Source: Chara braunii (lineage: Eukaryota; Plantae; Charophyceae). From it: 64,000 nucleotides of DNA. Under the pieces are notes generated by a model. That model saw only the letters and a program-made list of their open reading frames with translations. It was not told the DNA's origin and did not search any database. The translations under genes were made by a program, and so were the position numbers. Location: NCBI GenBank assembly GCA_003427395.1, contig BFEA01000020.1, forward strand, positions 2,374,577 to 2,438,576. Reading direction: 5' to 3'. Within the stretch, counting starts at the first letter, position 1. Every line of letters starts with the position of its first letter. Below are positions 12,832 to 26,380 of this stretch, piece by piece.

Positions 12832-14099
12832 TGTCGCAACAGGACATACTCGCTCCTACACAGGATGTGGAAAAAAAGAGTGTGGAAATGCGGACGAAAA
12901 ACCCCACAACAAATGATTCAGAAGCACCCCAAGAGAGTCAGTGTAATGAACCCAGTGTCGATGAGTTCAAGCAGGGCAAACAAGTCTGAACCCGGCGCCC
13001 AATATGATGTCTCCAATCATGAATGCTGGAATAACTCGGCTCAAATGAGCACCAGACACGGCTGTGGGTCGTCACTTTTGTGCAAAGGCCCGAAACGGGG
13101 GCCAAAGGTCACGCCCAAGTCATGAGATGCCTGCCCGAAGGCCTACAACTGTGGGGCACCGCAGGCAAGGCCAGAAACGGCCTTCCGAGGTCTAACGTGA
13201 GACAGTTGACCTTGGCAAGTCCACAGTTGACCTCAGCTCGGAAATTCAGGCACACAAGTCAAGTCAAGCTGTTTCCAGTCTTGGCCATAGATCACGTACG
13301 CACCTCTGGTTGTTTGCAGGTATCCGGACGAGATCAAGCCCAAATGGGAAATATCGGTTTCTGCAACTGTAAAGGATCCAGGCCATTGACTGATGGACGA
13401 TCTGGGCCGTCGTATGCATGAGACCTGAGGCTGGTCAACTCAAGTCAACACTATGTGTTGACTCAGGACCTGACCGTGGACATTCATTCTTGCACATGCT
13501 GCTTGAAGCTGGGTCTACGCTGGCTTGACGTTGGACGACGACGCAGGACTGCTATTGCTTTGTGTTGGCGCCTGTTTCTGTCTATGGCACCACCTGGACA
13601 TTTGATTATGCTGGCGTGGCTCTTGCCACACTGATTACGACTTTGATGGAGTATCAGCGAGGAGGAGGAGGATCAGGGCTGTGGGATTGGTCGAATGTCG
13701 GGGAAAGCTTACCTGTTTGCGTTCATGTCAACATTGCGCATTGCTGTACATCTTCAGAAGAAGTCTGCGCCATGATGAGATCTGTTCATTGTCAGAGCGT
13801 GTCAGAGGAGACTGTCTGCTGACGTGGCGAGTGGGAGATGCCTGAAGGGGAAGTGGGCTTGTGAGGGAGATCTATCTACTGAGATGATGGGTACTTTCTC
13901 TTCCACCCTCTAAATCTTATCTCCCTCCTATCAGCTTCTTCTCTGGTCATGAGACATTGGACTATTTGATTACATGTACGATTCTGGAGACATTGAAACT
14001 GTGCTGAGACATTCTGTATTTTGACATTGACGAGTTTTCCATCTGACTGGGTTCATTGCAAATGCGAGTACATAATTCGACTGATAGCTCATGTCAACA
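12832..14099 (+). repeat. Dispersed repeat, probably solo-LTR-like; diverged inverted partner at about 18700-19750
   Basis: 13860-13940 matches the reverse complement of 18845-18930. TG...CA-compatible ends, no convincing TSD; boundaries approximate. Confidence 0.5.
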
Positions 14100-14774
14100 G
14101 CAGCGAGTCATCATAGAAGAGCAGAGAGAGTGGAGGGATACAGGAGAAATAATGCAAAGAGGAGGAGGAGGAGAGGACAATAGTAATAAACAATTCATGT
14201 CTGTCGCCTCTCTTCCTCACTTCCTCATCCGGCTTCTCCCCTCTCGCCACGTCAGCAATGTATGATCTCTTCTGACCGCCTCTAACATATCACTGTGCAG
14301 ATCCAGCAGAGCGCCCATCCTCCTCACAACATCCATATCAAGCTGAGGAGGATGGAGCTGACACTCCTCACCTTTGTGGAGACCAGCAGCAGATGAGTCA
14401 CGATGTCGCCAGGTAAGTCCAGGTAAGCTTTCCCTCGTCTCCCAACCTCAACCACACAGGAAGATCCTCCACAAAACAATCAAATAATTCAGAAAATGAC
14501 AAAAGAAACATGTCAAAGTTCACACATTCCAAACAACTTCTAAATAACGAGCTAAAAGTTTCACAGAATCTTCGTCAAAACCATCAGTACATAAGACTCC
14601 CTTTCGCCCTAGTGAAATAATTGACCCATCATCTAACCACCAGATAGCTAATGACAATGGTGTAAGATGATTCAACCATCGACATCGAATAGCTAATTTA
14701 TTTTTGTCATGTGTTATTTTATGAATTTCTGTTAGTTGAGGGAGAGCACGACCTCCTTGCCCAAGCCCCGTCTC

Positions 14775-15035
14775 CTGGGCCTGATTTGACTTGGTACCGG
14801 TTGTCCACGGCCTGTTTGCTGTGGAATATTGGGGCCCGGTGCCTTCCAGACTTTTCTCGGAGTGCTGCTATATTTTGACTGTGGGACTGGACTTGAGGGC
14901 CGGGTACCAGTCGAATTTTTACCTTTGTAGCCTGAGGGTAGTACCCGACTTGCCTCTTTTCTGTTTTCGGCTGTCTGGGCCTTTTCATGACTTGGGGACC
15001 TGGATCCTGAGACTCAAATTTGGAGTCTGCACGGT
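14775..15035 (+). repeat. Dispersed repeat (LTR-like), copy 2
   Basis: Similar to 7970-8230. Confidence 0.7.
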
Positions 15036-15039
15036 GAAC

Positions 15040-15285
15040 TAGGGAGCTGGGCAGGCAAGCAAATAGTTAGGGAGGCAGCCAGGCAAGCATATAGTTAGAG
15101 AGTCAGGGACGCAGTTAGTTAGGGATGCAGGGACGCAATCAGTTAGGAGGCAGGCAGGCAGGCAGGGACACCGATATTCAGGGATGCAGGGACGGAGCGA
15201 ATTAGGGAGGCAGGCAGGCAGGCAGGAAGGGACACCAAAATCTAGGGACGCAGGGACAGTTAGTTAGGGAGGCAGGCAAGCAGAT
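15040..15285. repeat. Degenerate minisatellite (tagttaggga/ggca/gcagggac units)
   Basis: Direct reading. Confidence 0.75.
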
Positions 15286-15375
15286 GGGTGAGTGTGTAAA
15301 CAGGTGGAAATATGAATTGGGTGGCTAAGTAGCAGGACCCCGTTGAAGTCAGGAAGGGGAAATAACAGAGCGCAC

Positions 15376-15571
15376 CTCCACACACATAAGGACCAAGTCG
15401 TAACATCACCAGAAGGCCTACTTCCTGAGCAATCCTGCAGAATTTTGGAAAGTCCTGCCACCCGTCAAATCGAACATTTCCACGTTTCTGCTCATGGAAA
15501 TTCCACGGAACATAGAACTGAATCGTATTTAATCCCAATGCCTTGACCCGCATAAGGCGATCCCTCCAATA
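15376..15571 (-). CDS. BGAL17: GH35 beta-galactosidase, coding exon 3
   Basis: cag|YWRDRLMRVKALGLNTIQFYVPWNFHE...LLVMLRLGPYVCG G|gtgcg; canonical GH35 motifs. Confidence 0.95.
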
Positions 15572-15920
15572 CTGTTCACAAGTACCAACAACAAGTCAGG
15601 GACATGTTGTCAACAACTGTGAGTAACACTAACAGAGAACCTGAATGAAGATACGCACTCTGCAGAACAGAAGAGAAGAAAGAAGAAAGAAGGAAAAAAA
15701 AAATTCACCGCCCTACATAATTGCTTGGTGGCTGACGAGAGAATTAGGTTCAGGTCAATTGTTTGTTGTTCATTTATTCTGCGGTGCAGGTCATTTGTTT
15801 GTTGCGACACAAAGAGAACATACCACCTTTTCATAGATGGCACTTGCGGTGCAGGAGGTGATGGGATGACCTTTAATTTCATAATGATACATGGACCACT
15901 GGATGAAGTTCGAAACAAAC

Positions 15921-16172
15921 CACCAGGACGGTCAAAGTGGGTCCACACACGTAGCCCTTATTCAGAAGTTCAAGCCATATTTCTTTTTTCTTCCATGATC
16001 TTTCAAGATAACATTCACAAGAGAACACATATACCTCTGAATGTCGAAACTACCAGGACGGTCAAAGTGGGTCCACACACGTANCCCTTATTCAGAAGTT
16101 CAAGCCATATTTCTTTCTGCCAAGATCTTTCAAGATAACATTCACAAGAGAACACACGTACCTCTGAATGTC
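15921..16172. repeat. Tandem duplication of about 128 bp
   Basis: Two slightly diverged copies starting accaggacggtcaaagtgggtccacacac. Confidence 0.85.
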
Positions 16173-16464
16173 AATCGATGGCTTCAGGGCAACGAGGGAT
16201 CAAAACTCAGAACCAATTGGACACAAACATACCGAACCCCTTCCGCCCCGGCTCTCCACACACAGATAGTTACATCTTTCCATCCAATTGTAAGAGATTG
16301 GTAAAAGTAATTTCACGGAATCTAAGAGGCCAGCAAAAGAACAGAAAGAGCGTAAAGATAATCTTAGAGTTAACGATACAAATCAGAAACAACCTGATGA
16401 TGATGACCCCCTTGCCACTGGAGAACTATGAAGTTCTGCAATCCGCCAAACAGGAGCAAACTAA

Positions 16465-16985
16465 TCCAAAAACAACGTACGTACGTACTATGTACGTTAC
16501 TGCATTGTTTTCAACTTACCTCCGAAAAATGGGTTTTCAGCAATCATGTTTTTTTCTTCGAATTGATGATGCAGTCAAAAGAATTGTATGTCCGTCGTGC
16601 GTTGCATTTGGGGTGTCCAATGCCTGAGAAATTCCTCCCTTTTTTTTTACGGGATCCTTGCGGTTTAGATGGGGTGGGTGGGACTCAGATAGAAAGGTAG
16701 GTCTTTCCGATTTTGTTTTTCCCCTCGCAGATGGCACAACCCTGTGTTTTCTCACGGCTGTCGCTATTGGTCATGAATCATGATTCATTGTTTTTTCATC
16801 TTTGAGCCACACCAACACCTGCCCGACGCAGCGATAGAGGACCCTACAGGGGTGACTACAGTACCGGTAGCCCTCTTCGGAAAAGTCGTTCTTCAAAATT
16901 TTTAGCATAATGTACATACGTTGTATTCAAATGCAATGTCCTTGCATGTTCTTTTAACACACGGCGTATGTACATTGTTTTTGGG
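16465..16985. mobile_element. piggyBac-like MITE
   Basis: Imperfect TIRs (tccaaaaacaacgtacgtacg / cgtatgtacattgtttttggg); right flank TTAA, left flank CTAA. Confidence 0.55.
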
Positions 16986-17724
16986 TTAAGACGGTAGCTG
17001 AATGCAAGAGGTGGGAGCTCAGAGGCCTACACATCAGAGCTAGGGTGACGGATTATGACTTACACCACCACTCCATCCGGACCTGTTTTGACAAACCAGA
17101 AGTTGCATTTGCCCACGTGATACATGCTCAGTCGAGCGATTTATATGGAGCCAACGATCCGCAAAGTGATGAAAAGGACTCGAATGGACAATGCAGCGTC
17201 AGCAAAACATCAACAAGCAATGTGCATCCAGATACATATGAAAATAGCATAATGTGGCGCAACAGAAGACTCGAAGATATGGCCTGACCTATCAGATACT
17301 GACATGACACCCCATCATACACCACACATGTGAGAGAGAGAGGAGGGACTGCAGATATAGAAGAAAGGTCCCTCCTTGATCATGCACATGGGGAGATACC
17401 ACGGATGAGGAGATGGGGGGGGGGAGAGGCGAGACGAAGATGGAGATGAGGGAGAAGACCAAGATCGCGATAGCGAAGTCCATAAATAGTCTCCCTGCTG
17501 AGTGTCCAATCAATGTCTGCCAAAAAAATGTCGAATCAGATCCTGGGCCTCATGGCCTGATGTAACCTCTGCCTGTAACCTCTCTCTCTCTCTCTCTCTG
17601 AAGAAGGAGGAGGAGGCAGCAGGCGGAGGAAGAGGAGGAGGAGGAGGAAGAAGAAGAAGAGGAGGAGAAGGAGGAGGCGGAGAAGAAGAAGAAGAAGAAG
17701 AAGAAGAAGAAGAAGAAGAAGAAG

Positions 17725-18520
17725 NNNNNNNNNNNNNNNNNNNNNNNNNNNNNNNNNNNNNNNNNNNNNNNNNNNNNNNNNNNNNNNNNNNNNNNNNNNN
17801 NNNNNNNNNNNNNNNNNNNNNNNNNNNNNNNNNNNNNNNNNNNNNNNNNNNNNNNNNNNNNNNNNNNNNNNNNNNNNNNNNNNNNNNNNNNNNNNNNNNN
17901 NNNNNNNNNNNNNNNNNNNNNNNNNNNNNNNNNNNNNNNNNNNNNNNNNNNNNNNNNNNNNNNNNNNNNNNNNNNNNNNNNNNNNNNNNNNNNNNNNNNN
18001 NNNNNNNNNNNNNNNNNNNNNNNNNNNNNNNNNNNNNNNNNNNNNNNNNNNNNNNNNNNNNNNNNNNNNNNNNNNNNNNNNNNNNNNNNNNNNNNNNNNN
18101 NNNNNNNNNNNNNNNNNNNNNNNNNNNNNNNNNNNNNNNNNNNNNNNNNNNNNNNNNNNNNNNNNNNNNNNNNNNNNNNNNNNNNNNNNNNNNNNNNNNN
18201 NNNNNNNNNNNNNNNNNNNNNNNNNNNNNNNNNNNNNNNNNNNNNNNNNNNNNNNNNNNNNNNNNNNNNNNNNNNNNNNNNNNNNNNNNNNNNNNNNNNN
18301 NNNNNNNNNNNNNNNNNNNNNNNNNNNNNNNNNNNNNNNNNNNNNNNNNNNNNNNNNNNNNNNNNNNNNNNNNNNNNNNNNNNNNNNNNNNNNNNNNNNN
18401 NNNNNNNNNNNNNNNNNNNNNNNNNNNNNNNNNNNNNNNNNNNNNNNNNNNNNNNNNNNNNNNNNNNNNNNNNNNNNNNNNNNNNNNNNNNNNNNNNNNN
18501 NNNNNNNNNNNNNNNNNNNN
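17725..18520. other. Assembly gap (N) preceded by (GAA)n/(GGA)n
   Basis: N run. Confidence 1.
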
Positions 18521-18699
18521 AGAGATCGCCGCTAGTGAAAACGAGCCCGTTCAACAGCCAAGATCAACAAATCTATGCAAAGATCGGCGTCGACGAAAGT
18601 GAAATCGGTCGATTAGCTCTTTTGACTTTTTTAAAGTTTTTTTTGGTGCTTTTGTCTTTCCACTAAAAGATATGCCCCCTGCCAAATTATTACCGCAAA

Positions 18700-19750
18700 C
18701 CAACATCTATTGTAATGAACCCAGTCAGGAGAGAAACTCGTCAAGTGCCGAAATACAAGAAGTCTAAGCGCTGATAAATGTCTCCAATAATCATGAAATG
18801 TGATCTGTATTGATTCTGTAATATAATGTCTCGTAACCATAGGACGAAGTAGATAGGAGGGATAATTAACTTAGGGTGGAAGAGAAAGTATCCATCAATG
18901 TCTCTGTAGATAGAACTCCCTCAATCCCCACTTCTGATTCGGGCATCTCCCCACATCCATGTCAGTAAACAGTGTCCCAGAAACCAGTCTGACGAGATCT
19001 GATCACAACATAGTGCCACATAGGCACAAGTCTCCCATGAAGACGTCTCTGCAGTGAGCAATGTCGACGGTAAGTTTCCCTCTCGCACTCAATAAATCCC
19101 CCAGTTCCTGATCTCCCTCCTTGTTGCATCCCCATCTGCGTCGAAGACAGTGTGGCATGCGCCACGTCAGCAATGCCAGAGACAGTGTGGCAAGTGCCAC
19201 GTCAGCATCCGAGAAGACAGCTGGCACCAGCACGCAAAGCAGCAGTCTCGCGTCATCGTCGCACAATGCCAGCGTAGAGCCAGCGTCTTGCCAGCGTCCA
19301 GCCAGTGTCAAGCCAGCGCCGTGCCAGCGTCAAGCAGCAAGTGCAAGACTGAATGTTGACCCCCAGGGGCTGGGTCAATAAATAATGTTGACACCGTTGA
19401 CCAGCCTCTGGTCTCTCACGTGTGGAAGCTCAGATTGACTCACAGCCGACGCCCTGGATCTCGTACAGTTACAGACTTCCACTTGGACCAAAGTAATGCC
19501 TGGACACCTGTGTACAACCAAGTGTGTGTGTCTGATCGGTGGCCTGGACTGGGTCCGTGAAGACTTTGACGCGTGAGCCCCAATATTCCGATATACCGAT
19601 GACTTCGGTCAACTGTTGGGCGCAGGGCCTCTGAAGCCTCATTTCAGGGCTCTGTTTCCCACGATCGGACGCTGGGCCTTGAGGCCGATTCATGGCCTGT
19701 GGGTGGCCATCCTGGCCGATAACATAGGCATATTTGAGCAGGTTATTGGC
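18700..19750 (-). repeat. Dispersed repeat, inverted relative of 12832-14099
   Basis: Reverse-complement similarity; boundaries approximate. Confidence 0.5.
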
Positions 19751-20280
19751 ATTATTGCATCTATCTTTTTTTCATCCAGTTTTATATACATGAAAAACAA
19801 CACTTGTGACACAACAATGGCGAAAACAAAAGGACAACCCATCCCACAACGCCCAATCAACATATCTCAACCAGGCGATAAGGAAAGATCAACAATCACA
19901 ATGCACTACCACAAAACATGAGACGTGTCATCACCAGGGCGCACGAGACCGTATGACATACCGCTCGGATCAACGAAATAGGACAGTCTCCACCATCGAT
20001 CTGACAATCGTACGGCCAAGCATGCAGGAAACAACCGATGCTCGGCGCGGACTTATGGGAGAATTACCCCCGCAGCCCATGAAGGATTAAAGTTTTGTTG
20101 AGGATTATTTTACATAACATACACTTTTTTGAAGTTTTTCATATTTTTTTGAGGACCTTTTTTAAAGTTTTTTTCCTTTTTTTAATGTTCGCGTTCGCTG
20201 GTTCTTGGAGGATATTCGCGTTCTCCATAATACGTTCGCGTTCTCCCTCCGAACACGAATGGGTGCTACAGTGATGAAAA

Positions 20281-21286
20281 TGCAAGGAAAATGAACAGAA
20301 GCGAGATGACAATATTCAGATTGCAGAATCACATTGAAAGCCAAATCGTATCACAGTGTTCAGAAAGCAGCATTGCACCAATATAACACCAATGGAGGAT
20401 CGTAGCACTGAAAGTCAATGTCAATGAGAGCTTGCTCTCGGCACCACCAACATATGTATCCAGTCTCTATCTCTCTACTTGGCGCTCGGCGCCCAGCCTA
20501 CTCCCTACACAGCTACAACTAGCCTACTAATTGACAATGCAACTGTTGACGTCAGCAGCCTCCGAAGTACTTGAAGATGTCGCCTATGCAGACCATCGCC
20601 AATACCAGGTATGTGCCCTCACATCATCATCACCATCATCATCCTTCTCTCTCTCTCTCCCTTGTCTCTCTCCCACGTCTTCCCTTTGTACACCCGAAGA
20701 CCACCCCTGTGCCTCACTGTACATCTAAGCCCGCCAACTATGGAGGCTGGGCTATGGCGCTGCCCTCAGCAGCGCCCTGCTCTCTGCACGACCGCACGTG
20801 CTTGCACCTCGCCGCTCAGCGAGAGCAGCAGCTCACGAGCTTCAGCTCCAGCAGCTCTGCCGCCAGCATGCGAGTGCCGGAATGAGCCGCCAGCCAGCAA
20901 GCTCTTTCCTATATGGAAAAGAGCTGGCTGGCTTCGCAGCCTGGCTGCCCTGAGCCTGGGCCCAGAAGCTTCCGGTAGGCCCCAAGGTGCTGCGCCTCTG
21001 GTGCAGCTACTGGGCCTCATTCGGTTGGGCCTCCCAACTGTCTGTGTATGAGGCTGCAAATCTCGCCCAGGGCCTGTGCTTTTGGAAAGGCCTAGAAGGC
21101 CTGGGATTTTCCACGCTGCTCAGCCTGTGTTTTCCTTCAACCAACTGGCGCGACGAAACTGCCTGGACCCCAAATACGAAATTGACAGCCAAGGGCCTCT
21201 CGTGCTTTGTTTGGCCCGCCTTCACTTAGGGCGGGCACATTTGTGGCAGGGGCCCCTTAGGCCTGCCGAGGACCCAAATCTTCGCA
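20281..21286 (-). repeat. 3' LTR of the Gypsy element
   Basis: Highly similar to 27666-27725 plus 28912-29870; adjacent purine tract (minus strand aaaggaggagggaa). Confidence 0.92.
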
Positions 21287-22700
21287 TTCCCTCCTCCTTT
21301 TCTTCGATTGTCCTTTGAGAAGTTTCTATATAACAGGCTGCTTCCCTTTCAAACTTTCTTTCATAACTTGAGATAATTTGAGGAGCAGTCTTCATTAATT
21401 CCTCTCTTGCGAAGCACCGGTTTTCTTGAGGATCAATGTGATATCTGAACCGCACTCGATATTGCATCTGTGGTTTTGGCGGTCGTCCCCTTCCTGGAGG
21501 TTTGGGCACAGGCATCAGCTTGTGCTCGATGATATCGTCAATGTCCACGTGTCCGTCCATGGTTGGGGGCAGCATTGATCTCCTAGAGGNAAACTGATCT
21601 GTGGCAGCGAAAGGTGCCAACTTGGATGCATGGAAAACAGGGTAAGTACGCAAGTGTGCAGGAATGCGAATCACGTATGAAGGCCCATCCGGTTGATCCC
21701 CTACAATGTCTAAGATCTCCCAGGGCCCAAAGTACTGTGGCATAAGTTTACGTGAGATCCCCAACTCCTGGCCTAGTTCAGACGACTTTACCCAGACTCT
21801 ATCACCTACCTGAAAGTTAAGAGCGCCGTCTATGTTTATTCTCAGATGCGATCATAGCATCCTGAGACTTTCTAATATGTTCGACGGCCTGCTGCAGCAT
21901 CTGTTCATAATTAACAGCAAACTCTATGCTACCAGGTGCTGCCGTGGGTTGCCTTTCTGGTAGCAGAAAGTCAAGTGCAGTTCTGGGCTTCCAACCAAGG
22001 TGCAGCTGGTTGGGAGTCATACCAGTAGTATTGTGCACTGCATTGTTGTACAAGCTGGCGACGAGAGGTAACTTCTCGTCCTAGTCATCCTGACTTGGCT
22101 TAATATAATGCCGAAGTAGGTGTTGTACTACCCGGTTCATCTGTTTTGCATGGCCATTTGAATCGAGGTGGTTCCCTGACGTCATTTGGAGCTTGGTACC
22201 CATCTGTTCATTTGTTGCCTGCCACAGTTCGCTGGTAAACCTTACATCCCTGTCACTTACAATCGACGTAGGTAGTCCAAAATCCCTGACCCAGTTATCC
22301 AGGAACAGTTTGATGACATAGTCAGTTTTAGCAGTTTCTGGCATAGCGACAAGTCTTGCATACTTAGTAAAGCGGTCTACTATCACGAAGATGTGCCTTT
22401 TTCCAGACTAACTGGTCACGAGAGTATCCATGAAGTCCATGGACACACTCTGGTCAGGACCTTCAGGAATCGGCAAGGGCTTGATAAGCCCAAGCGGAGC
22501 CTGAGTCCTAGGTTTGTCCCTTTGGCAAACCTGGCAAGTTTCAACGTACTTTTTCGCATCTTGCATCATAGTGGGTCACCAAAAGTTCTGCACTAGGTTA
22601 GTTGAAGTCTTTTTATAACCAAATGTCCAGTTGCATCCTGACACTCACCTAGAAACAAACTATGCAAAGACTCTCTATTAGGCACACACAATCTTTTATT
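21222..22700 (-). pseudogene. Integrase with GPY/F motif and C-terminal chromodomain
   Basis: IVDRFTKYA, IVSDRDVRFTS, YNNAVHNTTGMTP, FGPWEI, YPVFHASKL, IDDIIEHK...QYRVRF; stops and frameshifts. Confidence 0.9.
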
Positions 22701-22790
22701 CCCTACCTTTTCAAGAAACAGCAAGCCATACACCATTGTAAATTCATCCAAAGTCACTTTGTCCTTTGCTTGGAATTTACGAATGATCTC

Positions 22791-23948
22791 TTACATGACT
22801 GGATCTTGCTGATAGGCTTCCACCAACGATCGAGTCAGATCATTAGATATGCTAAATTCAGTTACTAGCTCACCCAGGTAATCTGCCCGTCGAGATAGTG
22901 CATCCGCCACCTTGGTGTACTCTCCTTTGATAGGATCAAGTTGATAGCCATACATGTCTATCACTTGTATCCATCTCTTGAGTGCGTCTGAGAGTACCGG
23001 CTGTGTTTTGATCCAGCGCAAGGTCTCATGGTCATATCTTACATAGAAAAATATGTGCTGTCTTAGGACTCCTGGCAGTATTTTCAAGTGCTCAGCGTGC
23101 TTCTCTACAGTCCTACTAAAGATAAGAATATCGTTGAGGTACACGACGATAAACTTGTCTAAGTAATCATGAAATATCATGTTCATTGCGTGCTGGAACG
23201 TACCAGGTGCATTGCATAGGCCAAAGGGCGTCACCACAAACTCGTACTGACCGTACCTAGTCTGAAATGCGGTTTTGTGCTGGTCCTCAGGTCTAATGGC
23301 AATTTGATGGTATCCGAACTTCAGATCTATCTTGGTGAAGTACCGGCATCCCTGCACTCTATCCAAGGGGTCGTCGATGCGGGGTAGGGGCTCCGCGTTC
23401 TTAACGGTGATGGCATTGAGGCCCCTATAGTCAATGCACATCCTCAGGGTACCTCCCTTCTTTTAGACAAATACGATTGGTGCACCGTAAGGGGAGGTAC
23501 TAGGCCAAATCCATCCCTTTTCTATGAGCTCCTGGAATTGGCCGCGGAGCTCATCCAACTCCGCAGGACACATCCTATAAATTCGTCCTCTAGGTATCTT
23601 ACTACCTGGGACAACCTCTATTGCATGCACCACCTCCCTTTCTACCACGCCTATGGGCTCCTCAAAAAGGTATGAATATGTTGCGACGATTGATTCTATC
23701 TCTGGGGGTGTTTTAACAACCTCCCCTTTCTCAGAGACAAAAACTAGATACATGTCCTCCTCGCGATTCTGCTTGTAGTAGTTATAGAAAGAGGAAGCAC
23801 ACATACAGCCGTAGTTATCCACTAGACTGCTAGCCTTATACTTCTGCAGTCTAACGGTCCTACCATTTGGCAACTTGTGTATCAACACCTTCCTATCCCA
23901 ATCAAACCGAGGTTGTGCGACCTCGAGGTAGTACATGCCTAGTAGCAT
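22791..23948 (-). pseudogene. Reverse transcriptase / RNase H remnant with internal deletion
   Basis: PSTSPYGAP, MCIDYRGLN, IDLKFGYHQI, FGLCNAPGTFQ, YLND (mutated YLDD) joined directly to the RNase H end DHETL...VADALSR. Confidence 0.92.
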
Positions 23949-24025
23949 ATCGAAGGGCAGTTCGTCGCTGACGAGGAATGAGATTTTATGTCTCGCTTCC
24001 CCTCCTCCATAAGAGAAGGAACAGA

Positions 24026-24418
24026 CTACGTCCTGACATAGTCTTTAACAATCTTTTGGTGCTTGTTGGCTAGCGCAAAAGCTACAGTTTTGCTAAGCCG
24101 CTGCACTTGGTCCCCTAAGCACAGTCTATCCACACAAGCACGACTGATGAAGTTTCGTGTAGAGCCTATGTCTGCGAAGGCGNCAACTTTNCGGCCACCT
24201 ACATCAACCTCTACCACGAAATGTTCACCCTTTGGACCTCTACTGATCATCGCCCAAGAGTCTCTGGGGTCCTTTCCTGACCACTCAGTCTCTAACTCTT
24301 CTAGGGCCTCAGACACATCTCTCGAACAGAGCGCCGGTGGGTCTGAATGTGTCTGCGGGGCGATACGTGGGTCACTAGCCCTGGCCAATGCCTGAAGTGG
24401 GGAAGGCAACATTACCAC
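24026..24418 (-). pseudogene. Aspartic protease remnant
   Basis: AFADIGSTRNFIS motif. Confidence 0.85.
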
Positions 24419-24493
24419 TTCAGCGTGAGTAAGAGCGGCTAAAACTCCTACTGGCCCAAGGTGTTTCCCTGCAAAGTGCTCGCAGAAGAACTG

Positions 24494-26380
24494 TCATAGT
24501 CCCACCACCGTTGGTGAGGCTACCCTCGTTAGGACTTTCTTGCCTCGGCACGTTCGAGACGTGTGGCCATAGTTGCCACAGTTCATGCACGTGCCCCTAG
24601 CGACTCGGTCCCTCCACACCTCATACTCTAAACCAAGTTTCACCCATGTGGGCGTTCCTTGGTCGCCCTGACCCGTAGACCGTCCTACCTTCTTCTTCCT
24701 GGTCCCCCTAACCTTTTCTTTAATACGTGCCACGACTCCCCCATCTGAAGTCTCGTTGGCCCCATCGTGCTTTTTCTCCCCAAGGTCTGGGAAGTCGTTA
24801 ATTTATGTCGCCTGACCATCGTGGTAGACGAACATTAGTTGACCTTTCTTCTTCCAGTCTTGGGGTAGTCTCTTCTTCCTACCATCTCCCTGACTCTGAT
24901 GCGCAGATCCCAACTTTGCCTCTATATCTAAAGCCTTCTTGCTGAAGGAGGCGAAGTTGTATTGTTCGACATAGGCCTCATCTACCAGCTTTGTTCTAAC
25001 CTCTGAAGGTAGACATCTAAGGTAATCCGTAAGGAGTACCTGCTGGTCATAGCGCACACCAGGTACCACGAGCAGACGTTCTATGGTATCCGTGAGCTCT
25101 CTAACATTCTTGTACCTTCTGGCACAAAGACTATTGATCGCATCTCTCGCCTTTTGGGCCCCTTGTGGGTCATGCCACCTATTATACACGAACCGTACGA
25201 ACTCTTCCAATGTCTGGGCCTGGGCCCTCGCATCGAAGTTCCGACCGTAGCCCTGCTGTTGCACTAGGCCATTCAACAACCAGCGGGCTGTTGACCCCTC
25301 TAGAAAGGAGGCAGCCACTACAACTTCTTGCTCCAGCCTGGTAAGTTTGTGCCTCACATAGGTGGGCACCGTCCTCACCCAGGTATCCAAGTCCTCATCC
25401 TTCTTCCTATCGCCAAAGAAGGGCTTAGGACTTAGCAAGGGTATTTTGGGCATCCACTGCATAGGCTGCATTGGCCCAGGGGATTGCTGCAGTGGCTACA
25501 TAGCCACCGAAACAGGTTGCTGCACACTAACATGGGTCTGGCTTGACAGTGGGATTGTAGTAATGACTGTCGTCGATGGTACGGCTGAGACTCTAAGGAC
25601 CGAACCACTAATCGCCACATAACCACCTAGAGGGGCCATGCCAAACATAGGTGAGAATGAAGGCCCTACCGGCGATGGCGTCACTGATGGACCCGCAACC
25701 GAAGGGGGAGTTACAGCAACCTGAGACTGCCTCATCATTGGACGAGGAGCCTGTAATGCAGCCAAAATTCGTTTTTGGCGTGCCACTAGTTCAGCCAACA
25801 CTTCCTGCTGAACAACCTGGGTCTCCGCCACACACCGGAGCGAATTCCGCAGTGCTTGCATAGCGGGATCTAATGTGGACTCGTCTAGTGCTTCCAGCTT
25901 GCCTAGTTCCTGCAATCTATTACCTAGTCTAGCTTTTCTCATTATTGCCCTTCTTCTTCTCTCTGCTGCTTCATCCAACTGTCGTTGCAACTCATCCTGA
26001 AGTTCTTCAGCTTGGAGGATCTCATAATCCTCCGGTGTGAGTTGAGTCTGTTGGCTGACTTGCAAGCCAGGGCTCTGGCTAATGGAAGCCCGAGAACCAC
26101 TTTGACTGACTCCTGACGAAGTGGCATGTGAAGAGGCCTGCGACATGGTAGAGGAAGTAGCCATGGTCGTACTGGTGCTAGCTATAATCCTAGACCTGGC
26201 ACTGGCCTCAACCACCCTCGCTCTTCTTGTCGCTGTTCTCTCTCTAGCCTCTCTCCGCAGTCTCCTCTCGTCTCCTAGACCTAACTCTAGGAAAGTCAAA
26301 GGTCGACTGAGAGCAGTTCTACGAGTAGTCCTACGGTCGTCCACTAACAACTCCTCCTCACTAGTGCTTGCATCACTCAT
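24494..26380 (-). pseudogene. Gag with long N-terminal coiled-coil region and CCHC knuckle
   Basis: ORFs 25496-26380, 24803-25471 (capsid-like) and 24494-24733 (CMNCGNYGHTSRTC), separated by frameshifts or stops. Confidence 0.85.

Noticed and set aside
17502-18602. Long ORFs spanning N gaps (also 34585-35844 and 58783-59780)
   Set aside because: Artefacts of translating N runs.
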